Assembly (NCBI GenBank): GCA_026004535.1
Contig: BPJI01000001.1
Coordinates: forward strand, 233,491 to 297,490
Reading direction: 5' to 3'
DNA: 64,000 nt
DNA from: Candidatus Parcubacteria bacterium
GTDB taxonomy: Bacteria; Patescibacteriota; Minisyncoccia; UBA6257; HR35
Made by a program: the position numbers and the translations under genes. Positions 44,367 through 54,183 of this stretch are shown here, in pieces (within the stretch, counting starts at the first letter, position 1; each line of letters starts with the position of its first letter). The notes beneath the pieces are model-generated. The model ran no database searches and had not been told where the DNA came from. It saw only the letters and a program-made list of their open reading frames with translations.

Positions 44367-44668
44367 AAATTAAAAAAGGAGATCAGGTTTTAATTATTAA
44401 AGGTAAAGATAGGGGTAAAGTTGGAAAAGTAATTAAAGCTTTACCTAAAGAAAGCCGTGTTATTATTGAAGGTTTAAATTTAGTTAAAAAACATATTAAG
44501 CCAAGAAGAGAGGGAGAAAAAGGAAAGATTATCGAAGTGCCGAGACCAATTTCGGTAAGTAATGTAAAATTAGTTTGCCCGAATTGTCATAAAGCAACAA
44601 GAGTTGGTTATAAATTCGAAGGTCAAAAAAAATTTAGATATTGTAAAAAATGTCAAAACAAGATTTAA
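44363..44668 (+). CDS. rplX: 50S ribosomal protein L24 with Cys4 zinc-ribbon C-terminus
   Basis: [21 protein letters not shown] motif. C-terminal CPNC..CKKC. Confidence 0.85.
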   Translation: MKIKKGDQVLIIKGKDRGKVGKVIKALPKESRVIIEGLNLVKKHIKPRREGEKGKIIEVPRPISVSNVKLVCPNCHKATRVGYKFEGQKKFRYCKKCQNKI

Positions 44669-45144
44669 AGAAACCAAGACCAATCAAAGGAATTGTTCAG
44701 ATAGGAATTGGTAAGTTAGTTGTTGCTCATCCTGAAGCTCAGGAAAAAATTATTGAAGATGGAATTTATGTTCTTTCAATGATAACCGGACAAAAACCAA
44801 AAATTGTGACTGCTAAAAAATCTATCTCGGGATTTAAAGTCAGAAAAGGAATGCCGGTTGCTTTGTTGGTAACTTTAAGAAAAAAAAGATTGAATGACTT
44901 CATTCAAAGATTGCTAACTTATGCTTTGCCAAGAGCAAAAGATTTTTATGGTCTTAAAGCAGATAATTTTGATAATAGAGGAAATATTAATCTTGGTTTT
45001 CGTGAGATAAGTGTTTTTCCTGAAGCAATTTCTGATAAAATTAAATATAACTTTGGTTTTTCAATTAATTTAGTTGGTTCAGGAAAAACCAAAGAAGAGA
45101 ATATTGATTTGTGGCGAGAATTAGGTTTTCCGATTAAAGTCTGA
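44650..45144 (+). CDS. rplE: 50S ribosomal protein L5
   Basis: Position and L5 motifs ([10 protein letters not shown]). Confidence 0.85.
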   Translation: MSKQDLKKPRPIKGIVQIGIGKLVVAHPEAQEKIIEDGIYVLSMITGQKPKIVTAKKSISGFKVRKGMPVALLVTLRKKRLNDFIQRLLTYALPRAKDFYGLKADNFDNRGNINLGFREISVFPEAISDKIKYNFGFSINLVGSGKTKEENIDLWRELGFPIKV

Positions 45145-45329
45145 TGCCATCAAAAGCACAAATTGTTCGTTGGTTAAAAAAACCAAAGTATAAGACTAGA
45201 AAAAGAAATGTTTGTTTTCGTTGTGGGCGAACAAGAGGTTATTTTCGAGATTTTAATTTGTGTCGAATTTGTTTAAGAGAAATGGCTCATCGGGGAGAAA
45301 TCCCTGGTCTTAAAAAAGCAAGCTGGTAA
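45144..45329 (+). CDS. rpsN: 30S ribosomal protein S14 type Z (zinc-binding, 61 aa)
   Basis: [34 protein letters not shown]. Confidence 0.9.
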   Translation: MPSKAQIVRWLKKPKYKTRKRNVCFRCGRTRGYFRDFNLCRICLREMAHRGEIPGLKKASW

Positions 45330-45718
45330 TGACCGACCCAATTGCTGATTTACTTACAAGAATTAAGAATGCTTTAAGAGTAAGAAAAAAACAAGTTATT
45401 GCTCCTTATTCAAAAATAAAAGTTGGGATTTTGAAAATTTTAAGAGATAAAGGTTTGATCAGGGGATTTAAAATTGAAGGTGATGTTAAGAAGAATTTTA
45501 TTATTTATCTTAAATATGATGAAAATGGCGAACCTCTAATTGAAGATTTAAAGAGAGTTTCAAAACCAGGAAGAAGAGTTTATGCTGGTTACAAAGAATT
45601 AAGGCCATTAAGAAGAGGATTTGCTTTTAGAATTGTTTCAACTAGTCGAGGTTTAATAACTGATGAAGAAGCAAGAAAAAGAAAATTAGGTGGTGAAATT
45701 ATCTGTGAAGTTTATTAA
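45329..45718 (+). CDS. rpsH: 30S ribosomal protein S8
   Basis: [16 protein letters not shown]8 start. Confidence 0.9.
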   Translation: MTDPIADLLTRIKNALRVRKKQVIAPYSKIKVGILKILRDKGLIRGFKIEGDVKKNFIIYLKYDENGEPLIEDLKRVSKPGRRVYAGYKELRPLRRGFAFRIVSTSRGLITDEEARKRKLGGEIICEVY

Positions 45719-46269
45719 TGTCAAAAATAGGTAAAAAACCAATAAATATTTCAGACAATATTTCAATTCAAGAACTTGCTGAAAATAGATTTGAAATAAA
45801 AGGGCCAAAGGGTTCATTAATTTTTGATTTACCTCAAAATTTTAAACTAGAAATTGAAAATAGTACTTTAAAAATCAGCCCCCTGGAAATTAATAGAAAA
45901 ACTAAACCATTATGGGGAACATTAAGAAGGCTTTTGGAAAACAAAATTATTGGTGTTAGTCAAGGATTTGAGAAAGTTTTAATTTTAGAAGGCTTAGGAT
46001 ATTCGGCGGAACAAAGAGGAGATAGATTATTTTTTAAACTTGGTTTTTCTCATCCAATTGAGATCGAAATTCCAGAAGATATTAAGATTGAAATTAAGCA
46101 AGAAAAAGGAAGGTCATTGATTTATGTTCGGGGAATTGATAAAGAAAAAGTTGGTAATTTTGCTAGTCAAATTAAAAAATTAAAACCAGCAGATAGATAT
46201 CATCAAAAAGGATTTAGATATATTAATGAGGTCATTAAATTAAAGCCAGTTAAGAAAGCAGGTAAGTGA
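45718..46269 (+). CDS. rplF: 50S ribosomal protein L6
   Basis: MSKIGKKPI..two alpha/beta repeats. 183 aa. Confidence 0.9.
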   Translation: MSKIGKKPINISDNISIQELAENRFEIKGPKGSLIFDLPQNFKLEIENSTLKISPLEINRKTKPLWGTLRRLLENKIIGVSQGFEKVLILEGLGYSAEQRGDRLFFKLGFSHPIEIEIPEDIKIEIKQEKGRSLIYVRGIDKEKVGNFASQIKKLKPADRYHQKGFRYINEVIKLKPVKKAGK

Positions 46270-46604
46270 TGGATAAAGAAAAAAGATTAAGAAGAAAAAA
46301 AAGAGTTAGAGCGAAAATCTTGGGCACTAAAGAAAGACCACGACTTTCTATTTTTCGATCAAATCAACATATTTATGCTCAGATTATTGATGATACCGAG
46401 GGAAGAACTTTGGTTAGTGCTAATAGTTTAAAGTTAAAAGGCTTAACCAATAAGGATAAAGTTTTGAAAGTTGCCGAAGATTTAGCTGAAAAAGCAAAGA
46501 CAAAGGGAATTGAAAAGGTTGTTTTTGATCGTAATGGTTTTAGTTATAAAGGTCGGATTAAATTATTGGCTGAAAAATTAAGAGAGCTCGGTTTGGAATT
46601 TTAA
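46266..46604 (+). CDS. rplR: 50S ribosomal protein L18
   Basis: [21 protein letters not shown]18 consensus. Confidence 0.9.
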   Translation: MMDKEKRLRRKKRVRAKILGTKERPRLSIFRSNQHIYAQIIDDTEGRTLVSANSLKLKGLTNKDKVLKVAEDLAEKAKTKGIEKVVFDRNGFSYKGRIKLLAEKLRELGLEF

Positions 46605-47126
46605 ATGGCAGAAAAATTTGAATTCAAAGTTATTGAAGTTAAAAGAGTGGCCAAAGCAGTTGAAGGAGGGAAAAGAATTAAAGTTCGAGCAGTTGTTGTT
46701 GCTGGTAATTTACAGGGTAAGGTTGGGATCGGTGTTGCTAAGGGAGATGATATTGCTTTAGCTGTGGAAAAGGCAAGAAGATTAGCTGAAAAAAATACCA
46801 CTAATACTCCTTTAATCGAAGGCACTGTTCCTTTTGAAATTGAAAATAAATTTGGAGCTACAAAAATTTTATTAAAACCTGCTAAAAAAGGAAGAGGTTT
46901 GATTGCTGGTAATGTTGTTCGGACAGTTCTTTCTTTAGCAGGTTATACCGATGTTTCGGCTAAAATTTTAGGAGTAACAAAAAACCCATTAGTTAATGCT
47001 TTAGCAACAATCAAAACTTTGGAAAAACTTAATAAAATTTATGAAAAGAAACTTAAATTAAAAACATTAATCAATAAAGAAAATGCAAGTACACCAGATA
47101 AAGTTCAAATTGAAGAAGAAAAATAG
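46605..47126 (+). CDS. rpsE: 30S ribosomal protein S5
   Basis: VIEVKRVAKAVEGGKR..VVVAGN..G.VG.G..K S5 consensus. Confidence 0.9.
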   Translation: MAEKFEFKVIEVKRVAKAVEGGKRIKVRAVVVAGNLQGKVGIGVAKGDDIALAVEKARRLAEKNTTNTPLIEGTVPFEIENKFGATKILLKPAKKGRGLIAGNVVRTVLSLAGYTDVSAKILGVTKNPLVNALATIKTLEKLNKIYEKKLKLKTLINKENASTPDKVQIEEEK

Positions 47127-47514
47127 AGTTGGCCGTGGTGGTAAAAGGGGTTCTTATTCAGGTAGAGGTATAAAAGGGCAGAAAGCAAGAGCTGGTCGTC
47201 GTATCAGGCCAGCCTTAAGGGATGTTATTTTAAAATTCCCGAAAAAAAGAGGTTGGGCAAATATAAAGATTGAAAAAAATATTTTGGAAGTTAATCTTGA
47301 AAAAATTAATGAGAAATTTCAACCAGGAGAAATTGTTAGCCCTGAAACATTAAAAGAAAAGAAAATTTTAAGGATTCCTAAAAGTTTAAAAAATTTTCAA
47401 ATAAAAATTTTGGGCCAAGGCGATCTAACCAAGTCGTTAATTTTTGATCATCGTTTAATTTTTTCTCGATCAGCTAGAGAAAAAATAGAAAATTCAAATA
47501 GCAAAATTCAATGA
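47083..47514 (+). CDS. rplO: 50S ribosomal protein L15 (follows rpsE directly; no rpmD/L30 gene)
   Basis: KNRVGRGGKRGSYSGRGIKGQKARAG L15 N-terminus. True start probably a non-ATG codon downstream of 47083. Confidence 0.8.
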   Translation: MQVHQIKFKLKKKNRVGRGGKRGSYSGRGIKGQKARAGRRIRPALRDVILKFPKKRGWANIKIEKNILEVNLEKINEKFQPGEIVSPETLKEKKILRIPKSLKNFQIKILGQGDLTKSLIFDHRLIFSRSAREKIENSNSKIQ

Positions 47515-48779
47515 AAATTTTCGAACTTTTAAAAAAATTATTCATTTATAAAGATTTAAGACAAAGAACCTTGGTTGTCCTCGGCCTTTTACTCTTTGCT
47601 CGTCTTTTAGCCAACATACCTTTACCTGATGTTGATTTAGAAAAATTTAAAAATTTATTTGAAGCTAATCAATTTTTAGGTTTCATTAATATTTTTTCTG
47701 GCGGTGCTTTGGCCAACTTTTCAATTGCTTTGTTAGGTCTTGGTCCATACATTACAGCTGTAATTATTTTACAGCTTTTAACTTTTGTTTATCCTAGATT
47801 AAAGGAAATGTATTATGAGGAAGGCGAAATTGGTAGGGCTAAATTTAATCAATATGCACGGATTTTAACAATTCCTTTGGCTTTAATTCAATCAATTGGT
47901 TTTTTAAATTTTCTTGGTTCACAAGGAGTAATTTTTTTAACCCCCTTGACATTAATTCGTGATGCTATTATCGTTACCTGTGGAGTGGTTATTTTAATGT
48001 GGTTAGGAGAACTAATCACTGAACGAAAGTTGGGCAACGGAATTTCTTTGATTATTTTCTCTGGTATTGTCGCTGGTTTCCCTCAGATTTTGTTTCAAGT
48101 CTATGCTACTTTTTCTTTAGAAAAGCTTCAAATTTATATTCCTTTTATTATTTTGGCAATTTTAATTATTGCTGGTATTGTTTTTATCAATGAAGCTGAG
48201 AGAAGAATTCAACTCATTTTTGCTAAAAGAGTCAGGGGGACGAAACTTTACGGTGGAGCCAGTACTTATCTACCAGTTAGAATTGCTCAAGCAGGCGTTA
48301 TTCCGATCATTTTTGCTATTGCCTTACTTTTATTTCCTCAAACTTTAGCTCAGTTTTTAGCTTTAACGAAAATTGAATTTTTTACTACATTGCTTCAATC
48401 TTTAAATTCTTTCCTTAACAATATCTTTCTTTTTTCTTTTCTTTATTTCATCTTAGTTTTTGTCTTTACGTATCTTTATACTTCAATTACCTTTAATCCT
48501 GAAGAAATATCTAAAAATTTACAGACGGCTGGTGCTTTTGTTCCGGGGATTCGTCCAGGTAAAGAAACAGAAAAATATTTCAAAAATATTGTCTCCCGTT
48601 TAACATTTTTTGGTGGTTTATTTTTGGGATTTATTGCTATTTTGCCCTATCTCTTTGAGTTCTTAACTAAAACTCAATTTTTAGCTATTGGCGGAACTTC
48701 AATTTTAATTTTAGTTTCAGTTGCTATTGAGACAGTTAAAAAGATTCAATCAGAATTAAGTTTGAGAGAGTATGAATAA
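47511..48779 (+). CDS. secY: preprotein translocase subunit SecY
   Basis: 10 TM helices. Position after rplO. 422 aa. Confidence 0.9.
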   Translation: MKIFELLKKLFIYKDLRQRTLVVLGLLLFARLLANIPLPDVDLEKFKNLFEANQFLGFINIFSGGALANFSIALLGLGPYITAVIILQLLTFVYPRLKEMYYEEGEIGRAKFNQYARILTIPLALIQSIGFLNFLGSQGVIFLTPLTLIRDAIIVTCGVVILMWLGELITERKLGNGISLIIFSGIVAGFPQILFQVYATFSLEKLQIYIPFIILAILIIAGIVFINEAERRIQLIFAKRVRGTKLYGGASTYLPVRIAQAGVIPIIFAIALLLFPQTLAQFLALTKIEFFTTLLQSLNSFLNNIFLFSFLYFILVFVFTYLYTSITFNPEEISKNLQTAGAFVPGIRPGKETEKYFKNIVSRLTFFGGLFLGFIAILPYLFEFLTKTQFLAIGGTSILILVSVAIETVKKIQSELSLREYE

Positions 48780-49356
48780 AGTTTTTTTCTTGACTGGTCC
48801 GCCGCTTTCAGGCAAGGATACTCAAGGAAAGCTTTTAGCAAAAAAGATTAAAGGCAAATTCTTGGTTACTCATATTTTAGTTGATAAATTTTTTAAAAAG
48901 CAAAAGAAGGGTTATGTTAAAATTGGCAAGAAGTTTTTTTCAATTAAAAAAGAAATTGAACGAAGATTTCAAGGAGGTTTGTATTCACCAGAAATCATAG
49001 GTTATGTTGTTGCTGAAAAAATTAAAGAATTAGTCGAGAAATATAACTTGGTTTTTTCAGGTTCGCCAAGAATGATTGAAGAAGCAAAAATTGAAATCAA
49101 GACTTTAAAAGATTTAGGAATTGATTTTAGAGTGATTTTTTTAAATGTCTCGGAAGAAGAAATTTTTAAACGAGCTAAAAAAAGAAAAAGAGAAAAAGAA
49201 GATGATCCTGAAATAGTTAAAAAAAGAATCTCTAATTTTAAAAAGTATGTTTTGCCAACAGTAAATTTTTTAAAGAAGAGAGGTTGCTTAATCGAAGTTA
49301 ATGGCGAAGGAGATATTAAAGAGATTCATAAAAAAATTATAACTTCCCTCTTTTAA
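48772..49356 (+). CDS. adk: adenylate kinase-like nucleoside monophosphate kinase (short form without LID zinc motif)
   Basis: P-loop GPPLSGKDTQ. Position after secY. 194 aa. Confidence 0.65.
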   Translation: MNKVFFLTGPPLSGKDTQGKLLAKKIKGKFLVTHILVDKFFKKQKKGYVKIGKKFFSIKKEIERRFQGGLYSPEIIGYVVAEKIKELVEKYNLVFSGSPRMIEEAKIEIKTLKDLGIDFRVIFLNVSEEEIFKRAKKRKREKEDDPEIVKKRISNFKKYVLPTVNFLKKRGCLIEVNGEGDIKEIHKKIITSLF

Positions 49357-50320
49357 TTTTTTCATAAATATAATTCAAGCAATATTTCCAGGAAAAAGGA
49401 TAATCAATTGTAGGAGCTAATTTAATTAATTTTCCGCCAAAGCTTTTTTTAAATTGAGTTAAACCATGCCAAGGATGATTTTTTGTTTCTTTTCGAGCAA
49501 TACCCCAAAGATTATAAATTTTACAACCGCGATTTTTTGCTTCTTGAATTATTGCCCATTGCATTTTATAGTTCAAAGGTTCTCTAATTGGCAAGGAGGC
49601 TGAATGATGATAAAAAGCAATTTGATGCGAAAAAATTATTAAAGCTCCTGAATAATATTTGCCTTCAACTTTACCTAAAAAAAGTAAAGCTTTATTTTCT
49701 CGAGAAAAAATTTCTAATTCTTTTTGGATAAACTCTTTAGGGTAGGGAATAAATTTTTTTCTTTGGGCTAAATCTTGATAAATCTGCCAAAAAATTTCAA
49801 ATTTATCTAAATCAATTGTTTTTTCAATTTCTAAAAAAGGTTTTTTTAAAGAATCTAAAACTAATTTTCTTGTTGTTTCGCTCATTTCCTTTAACATTTC
49901 ATCGTCATTTTTTATTTCTTTAAGCCAGAAATTTTCTGTAACTGCATAAGTTGGAGCAAAAATAAAGTCTTTTGTTTTAGTTAGTTCTTCGTTTAAAGGA
50001 TTGATTCTTAAAAAATCGTATTTTTTTTGATAACTATTTTTCTTTAAGAAATCAACAAGTAAATTTAAAAACTTATCAGCTTTTTCTTTTTTTATCACTG
50101 GTCCATGATGAACAACCAGTCCCTTCCTTTTACCTTGATAACCAATTAATTGGCAAACACCAATTAAATTATCATTGTCAAAAACTCCTAATCTAATGAC
50201 TTCTCGGCCCAATTCTTTTTCAATCTCACCATATTCAAAATCCTGCAAAAAACTTAGATAATTATTTTCATCCAAAAATCTATTCCACAAATTTTTATCC
50301 TCAAAAATTTTAATTTCCAT
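49337..50320 (-). CDS. FemAB-family aminoacyltransferase (peptidoglycan interpeptide-bridge formation-like)
   Basis: C-terminal half ..YYSGALIIFSHQIAFYHHSAS..KMQWAIIQEAKNRGCKIYNLWGI..FKKSFGG matches the FemABX consensus. Confidence 0.6.
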   Translation of the reverse strand: MEIKIFEDKNLWNRFLDENNYLSFLQDFEYGEIEKELGREVIRLGVFDNDNLIGVCQLIGYQGKRKGLVVHHGPVIKKEKADKFLNLLVDFLKKNSYQKKYDFLRINPLNEELTKTKDFIFAPTYAVTENFWLKEIKNDDEMLKEMSETTRKLVLDSLKKPFLEIEKTIDLDKFEIFWQIYQDLAQRKKFIPYPKEFIQKELEIFSRENKALLFLGKVEGKYYSGALIIFSHQIAFYHHSASLPIREPLNYKMQWAIIQEAKNRGCKIYNLWGIARKETKNHPWHGLTQFKKSFGGKLIKLAPTIDYPFSWKYCLNYIYEKIKRGKL

Positions 50321-50337
50321 TAAATAATATGAATTAA

Positions 50338-50465
50338 ACCTAATTAACTCGAATTTATTTGTATATATTCGTGTATATTCATTATATAAAAATATTCGAA
50401 TAAATTCGCGTATATTCGTAATATAAAAAAATTCGTATATATGCGTTATAAATTCGAATCAATAT
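50338..50465. repeat. ATTCG/GCGAAT-family tandem array (mostly one orientation)
   Basis: attcgtgta/attcgaata/attcgcgta/attcgtaat/attcgtata/tgcgttata/attcgaatc. Confidence 0.8.
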
Positions 50466-50536
50466 GGATAAAACACAATTAAAATTAACTCTGTTTTAGA
50501 TCATTTAAAGCGCGAGAACTCTGTTATAATTAAATT

Positions 50537-51719
50537 ATGAATAAAAAAATAAATAAATCCTTCACTTTAGTTGAACTTTTAGTTGTCTTAGCTCTAATAG
50601 CTATCTTAGCTACTGTCTTAATTGTTGTCATTAAGCCAGCAGATATCTTTAAAAGAGGTAGAGATAGTCAAAGAACTTCAGACCTTAAAAATCTTGAAAA
50701 AATATTTGACCTTATTCTTTTTGAAACTCAAGGCACCTTTTCTGAACTTCAATATGCTTCCTCAAATGTTGTCTATATCTCTCTTCCTGATACTTCATCA
50801 ACTTGTGGTCAATGGATAAGTCAATTACCACAGCTTCCTTCAGGCTGGTCATATAGATGCTCAGCAACTCCAACAAATATTGATGGTACTGGCTGGATTC
50901 CTATTCCTTTTAATCAATTTTCAAGCATTAATCTTTCTAGACTTTTCATTGATCCAATCAATAGACCTCCATATTACTATGCATTTGTTGCTGGAGGAAG
51001 TTATGCTCTCTATGCTCAATTAGAAAATCCTCAGTCTCAAGCCTCAAAAACAGACAATGATAATTATCCTCATCTATTTTCAGTAGGAACAAATAAAAGA
51101 CTCATTGATCAAGCTCAAGGACTTGTAGGGTATTGGTCTTTTGATGATTGGAATGGAAATATTGCTAATGATTATTCAGGAAACAATAATAATGGAACCT
51201 CTAGTTAATGGTCCTCAACTTGTGTTGATGGTAAAGTAGGTAAAGCTTTAAGTTTTGATGGAGTGGATGATTATGTGGAAATACCTTATAGTCCGAGTTT
51301 AAATCTTTCTGGCAATAGTGAATCTTGTTTTATGGATAAAACATACCAGTGCTGTTTATAATTGTCAAGCAAATCAATGGAGCAGAGGTTATTTTCCACT
51401 AGGTGGCACATCTGTTATGCATGGCTCAGAATACTTGGTATAGTATTAATCAATGGTAATGCCTAATGATGGTGCTTTATCATTTGGTTGGGTATACTAT
51501 ATTAAACATCAACCGTCAAATCATATAAAGATGGCGAATTTATAGCTCAGTACATCGCAGTAGTCCTGTATTATCCTGCTTCTTCTTATTGGATGGATGG
51601 CTAGGTATGTGTCGAGCTGTTGCACATTTATTTTTCAAGGTCTCATCGACGAAGTCCGCATCTATAATCGTGCTTTATCAGACCAAGAAATAAAAGCATT
51701 ATATGAAGCAACAAAGTAA
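50537..51719 (+). pseudogene. decayed paralog of pilin-LamG gene 58779..59963
   Basis: 5' ~600 nt ~99% identical to intact copy. Second ATG mutated (ATA). In-frame TAA at 51206 plus indels. Divergent but LamG-like middle (..DDYVEIPYSPSLNLSGNS..) broken by frameshifts. Conserved tail LIDEVRIYNRALSDQEIKALYEATK* at 51640-51719. Confidence 0.8.
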
Positions 51720-51824
51720 TCCCTCAGCTTCTCAGTTTCAAAGAAAATATCGGGGCATCGTATGTTCTCAATTTTTACTTTAGATAATATATAGTTTTCA
51801 TCATGGTATTAATATCCAGTACTA

Positions 51825-52005
51825 ATCCGGGTAGTATATCCGGTTTTCATCAGGATAATCTTATATACTTTCCATCATACTAATCTATCCGGTAATCATC
51901 CGGGTAATCTATCCGGTAATCATCCGGGTAATCTATCCGGTAATCATCCGGGTAACTATATCCGGTATTCATCCGGGTAGTATATCATGTTTCCATCAGG
52001 GTAAT
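51825..52005. repeat. CCGGAT-family array, reverse-orientation copies (3' module of pilin-LamG locus)
   Basis: tatccggtaatcatccgggtaatc x3 etc. Followed by ctact/agtag hairpin and ttttacgacctcgtacgtcgtaaag palindrome. Confidence 0.9.
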
Positions 52006-52102
52006 CTATAAATTTTTCATTTCTACTATCTAAATACGATCGTATTAAGTTAGGAGAAGTGAAATTTTACGACCTCGTACGTCGTAAAGTTAAAGTAAAA
52101 TA

Positions 52103-52180
52103 TATTGACGTGCGACGTCCCAAATATTAAATAATTCAAATCAATATATGGACGTCGCACGTCTTATTTGAACTCGAAAT
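52103..52180. repeat. REP-like palindrome GACGTGCGACGTCC..GGACGTCGCACGTC
   Basis: Arms of ~21 nt, loop ~18 nt. Related to palindromes at 38582-38640 and 61058-61120. Confidence 0.75.
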
Positions 52181-52266
52181 TTTTGAATTCACAACTGAAG
52201 AATTCTTGAGTTATAATTGAAAGAGTAGAAGTAAGTTTTGGGTTGTTAATATGTTATAATTAATCT

Positions 52267-52620
52267 ATGAAAGAAGAAATAATCATTGATGCCAAAAATA
52301 AATCTTTAGGTAGATTAGGGACAGAAATTGCTTATTATTTGCAAGGAAAACATCAACCTGATTATGAGCCATCAAAAGATAAAAAGATTTTTGTTTTAGT
52401 AAAAAATTTAGATCAGGCAAAATTTGCTGGTAAAAAGTTTGATCAAAAAGTATTTCTTAAACACACTGGTTATATTGGCCATTTAAAGGAAATTCCCTTA
52501 AAGCTTTTATGGTCGCAAAATAAATTAAAAGTTTTACAGACTATTGTTAGCCGAATGTTGCCGAAAAATAAATTGAGAAAAAAAAGATTAGCGCGGATAA
52601 AATTAATCGATGGAGACTAA
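52267..52620 (+). CDS. rplM: 50S ribosomal protein L13
   Basis: IDAKNKSLGRLGTEIAYYLQGKH L13 consensus. Confidence 0.9.
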   Translation: MKEEIIIDAKNKSLGRLGTEIAYYLQGKHQPDYEPSKDKKIFVLVKNLDQAKFAGKKFDQKVFLKHTGYIGHLKEIPLKLLWSQNKLKVLQTIVSRMLPKNKLRKKRLARIKLIDGD

Positions 52621-53101
52621 AGTTGAAGAAGTAAAAACTTTAGAAATTGAGAAAGAAACTGAAGAGCCAAAAACTGAAGTATCTTTTCCTTTAATTGAAA
52701 AAGGAAGATATTTTGAAGGAATTGGACGAAGAAAAAGAGCAACAGCCCGAGTGAGGATTTGGCAAAACGATGCCAATAAAGATTTTAATATTTTAATTAA
52801 CGACAGAAATTATAAAGATTATTTTAAAAATATTGAATTTCAAAAAATTGTTGAAGCGCCACTAAGAAAAATTAAAGCTCAAAAAATTTATAAAGTTACC
52901 TGTAAAGTAATTGGTGGAGGGCCAAGAGGTCAAGCCGAGGCAATTCGTTTAGGTTTAGCTCGATCTTTAGTTTTATTAAATCCTGAATGGAAGCCAAAAT
53001 TTAAAAAAGCAGGCTTTTTAACTCGAGATCCAAGAGAAGTTGAAAGAAAGAAATATGGCAAAAGAAAAGCTCGCAAAGAAGAGCAGTGGCAAAAGAGATA
53101 A
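52610..53101 (+). CDS. rpsI: 30S ribosomal protein S9 with ~35-aa acidic N-terminal extension
   Basis: GRRKRATARVRIW..GGGPRGQAEAIRLGLARSL..RDPREVERKKYGKRKARK. Confidence 0.9.
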   Translation: METKVEEVKTLEIEKETEEPKTEVSFPLIEKGRYFEGIGRRKRATARVRIWQNDANKDFNILINDRNYKDYFKNIEFQKIVEAPLRKIKAQKIYKVTCKVIGGGPRGQAEAIRLGLARSLVLLNPEWKPKFKKAGFLTRDPREVERKKYGKRKARKEEQWQKR

Positions 53102-54183
53102 TGCTTAAAATTGACAAATTCTTATTAGTTTTAGTCTTTATCCTTTCTCTTTTGGGTTTAATCAATTTTTTTAGTGCTTCTTATTATTTCTCTTTAAAAA
53201 ATTTTAACGATCCTTATTTCTATTTTTTAAGATTTTTAATTAGAATAACCCTACTGGGAATTTTACTTTTCTTTATTGGTTATTTTTTAGCGCCGAAAAT
53301 TCATCGCTACAAAAAATTTATTATTTTTATATTTTTTTTAGTTTATTTTTCAATTTTTTTAGGTTTCTTGCCACAATTTAAATTAGCTGGGGCAACTGCT
53401 TCTCGTTGGGTAAATTTAGGGCCCTTTTCTTTTCAACCATCAGAAATAATCAAACCATTAGCGATTTTATTTTATATTTTTCTTTTTGCCGGTCTTAAAA
53501 ATTTTTCTTTAATTCAAAAAAATCTTATTTTTATTTTAAGTTCATTTTTTTTAATTTTGCCAATTTATCTCCAGCCCTCGTTAAGTAATGTTTTAATAAT
53601 TTTTTCTAGTATTTTAATTGTTTTTCTGAGTTTTCTTAAATCTAATAAAGAAATATTTATCACTTTATTTATTTTTCTAATTCTTGTTTTAATTTTGGCT
53701 TTAATAAGTACTTTTTGGAGTTATAGGAAAGAAAGATTGCTTTCTTTTTTAACTAAAGGTAAGTTGTTTGAAGAAAAATATTTTCAAATTGAACAATCAA
53801 TTTTAGGTATTAGTTCAGGAGGAATTTCAGGTAAAGGACTTGGTAGGTCAGAAATGAAAATAATCGGTTTGCCTCAAATGTTGACCGATTCTATTTTTAC
53901 TATTTATGCTGAAGAAACAGGCTTTATTGGTTCTTTGCTGTTGGTTATCTTGTTTTTTTTCTTAATTTTAAGGATAATTTTAATAGGTCTAAAAGGTGGT
54001 GATTGGAAAAAGCCATTTTGTTTTAGTTTTGCTTGGTGGATTTTTTTTCAAACATTTTTACATTTATCCTCAAATAGTGGTTTGATTGCGCCAACAGGAG
54101 TAATTTTGCCATTTTTTAGCTATGGTCCTTCAGGCCAATTAGCAATTTATTTTAGTTTGGGGTTAATAAGTAGAGATGAATAA
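53086..54183 (+). CDS. ftsW: SEDS-family peptidoglycan glycosyltransferase (FtsW/RodA)
   Basis: ~9 TM helices. Immediately upstream of murG. 365 aa. Confidence 0.75.
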   Translation: MAKEIMLKIDKFLLVLVFILSLLGLINFFSASYYFSLKNFNDPYFYFLRFLIRITLLGILLFFIGYFLAPKIHRYKKFIIFIFFLVYFSIFLGFLPQFKLAGATASRWVNLGPFSFQPSEIIKPLAILFYIFLFAGLKNFSLIQKNLIFILSSFFLILPIYLQPSLSNVLIIFSSILIVFLSFLKSNKEIFITLFIFLILVLILALISTFWSYRKERLLSFLTKGKLFEEKYFQIEQSILGISSGGISGKGLGRSEMKIIGLPQMLTDSIFTIYAEETGFIGSLLLVILFFFLILRIILIGLKGGDWKKPFCFSFAWWIFFQTFLHLSSNSGLIAPTGVILPFFSYGPSGQLAIYFSLGLISRDE

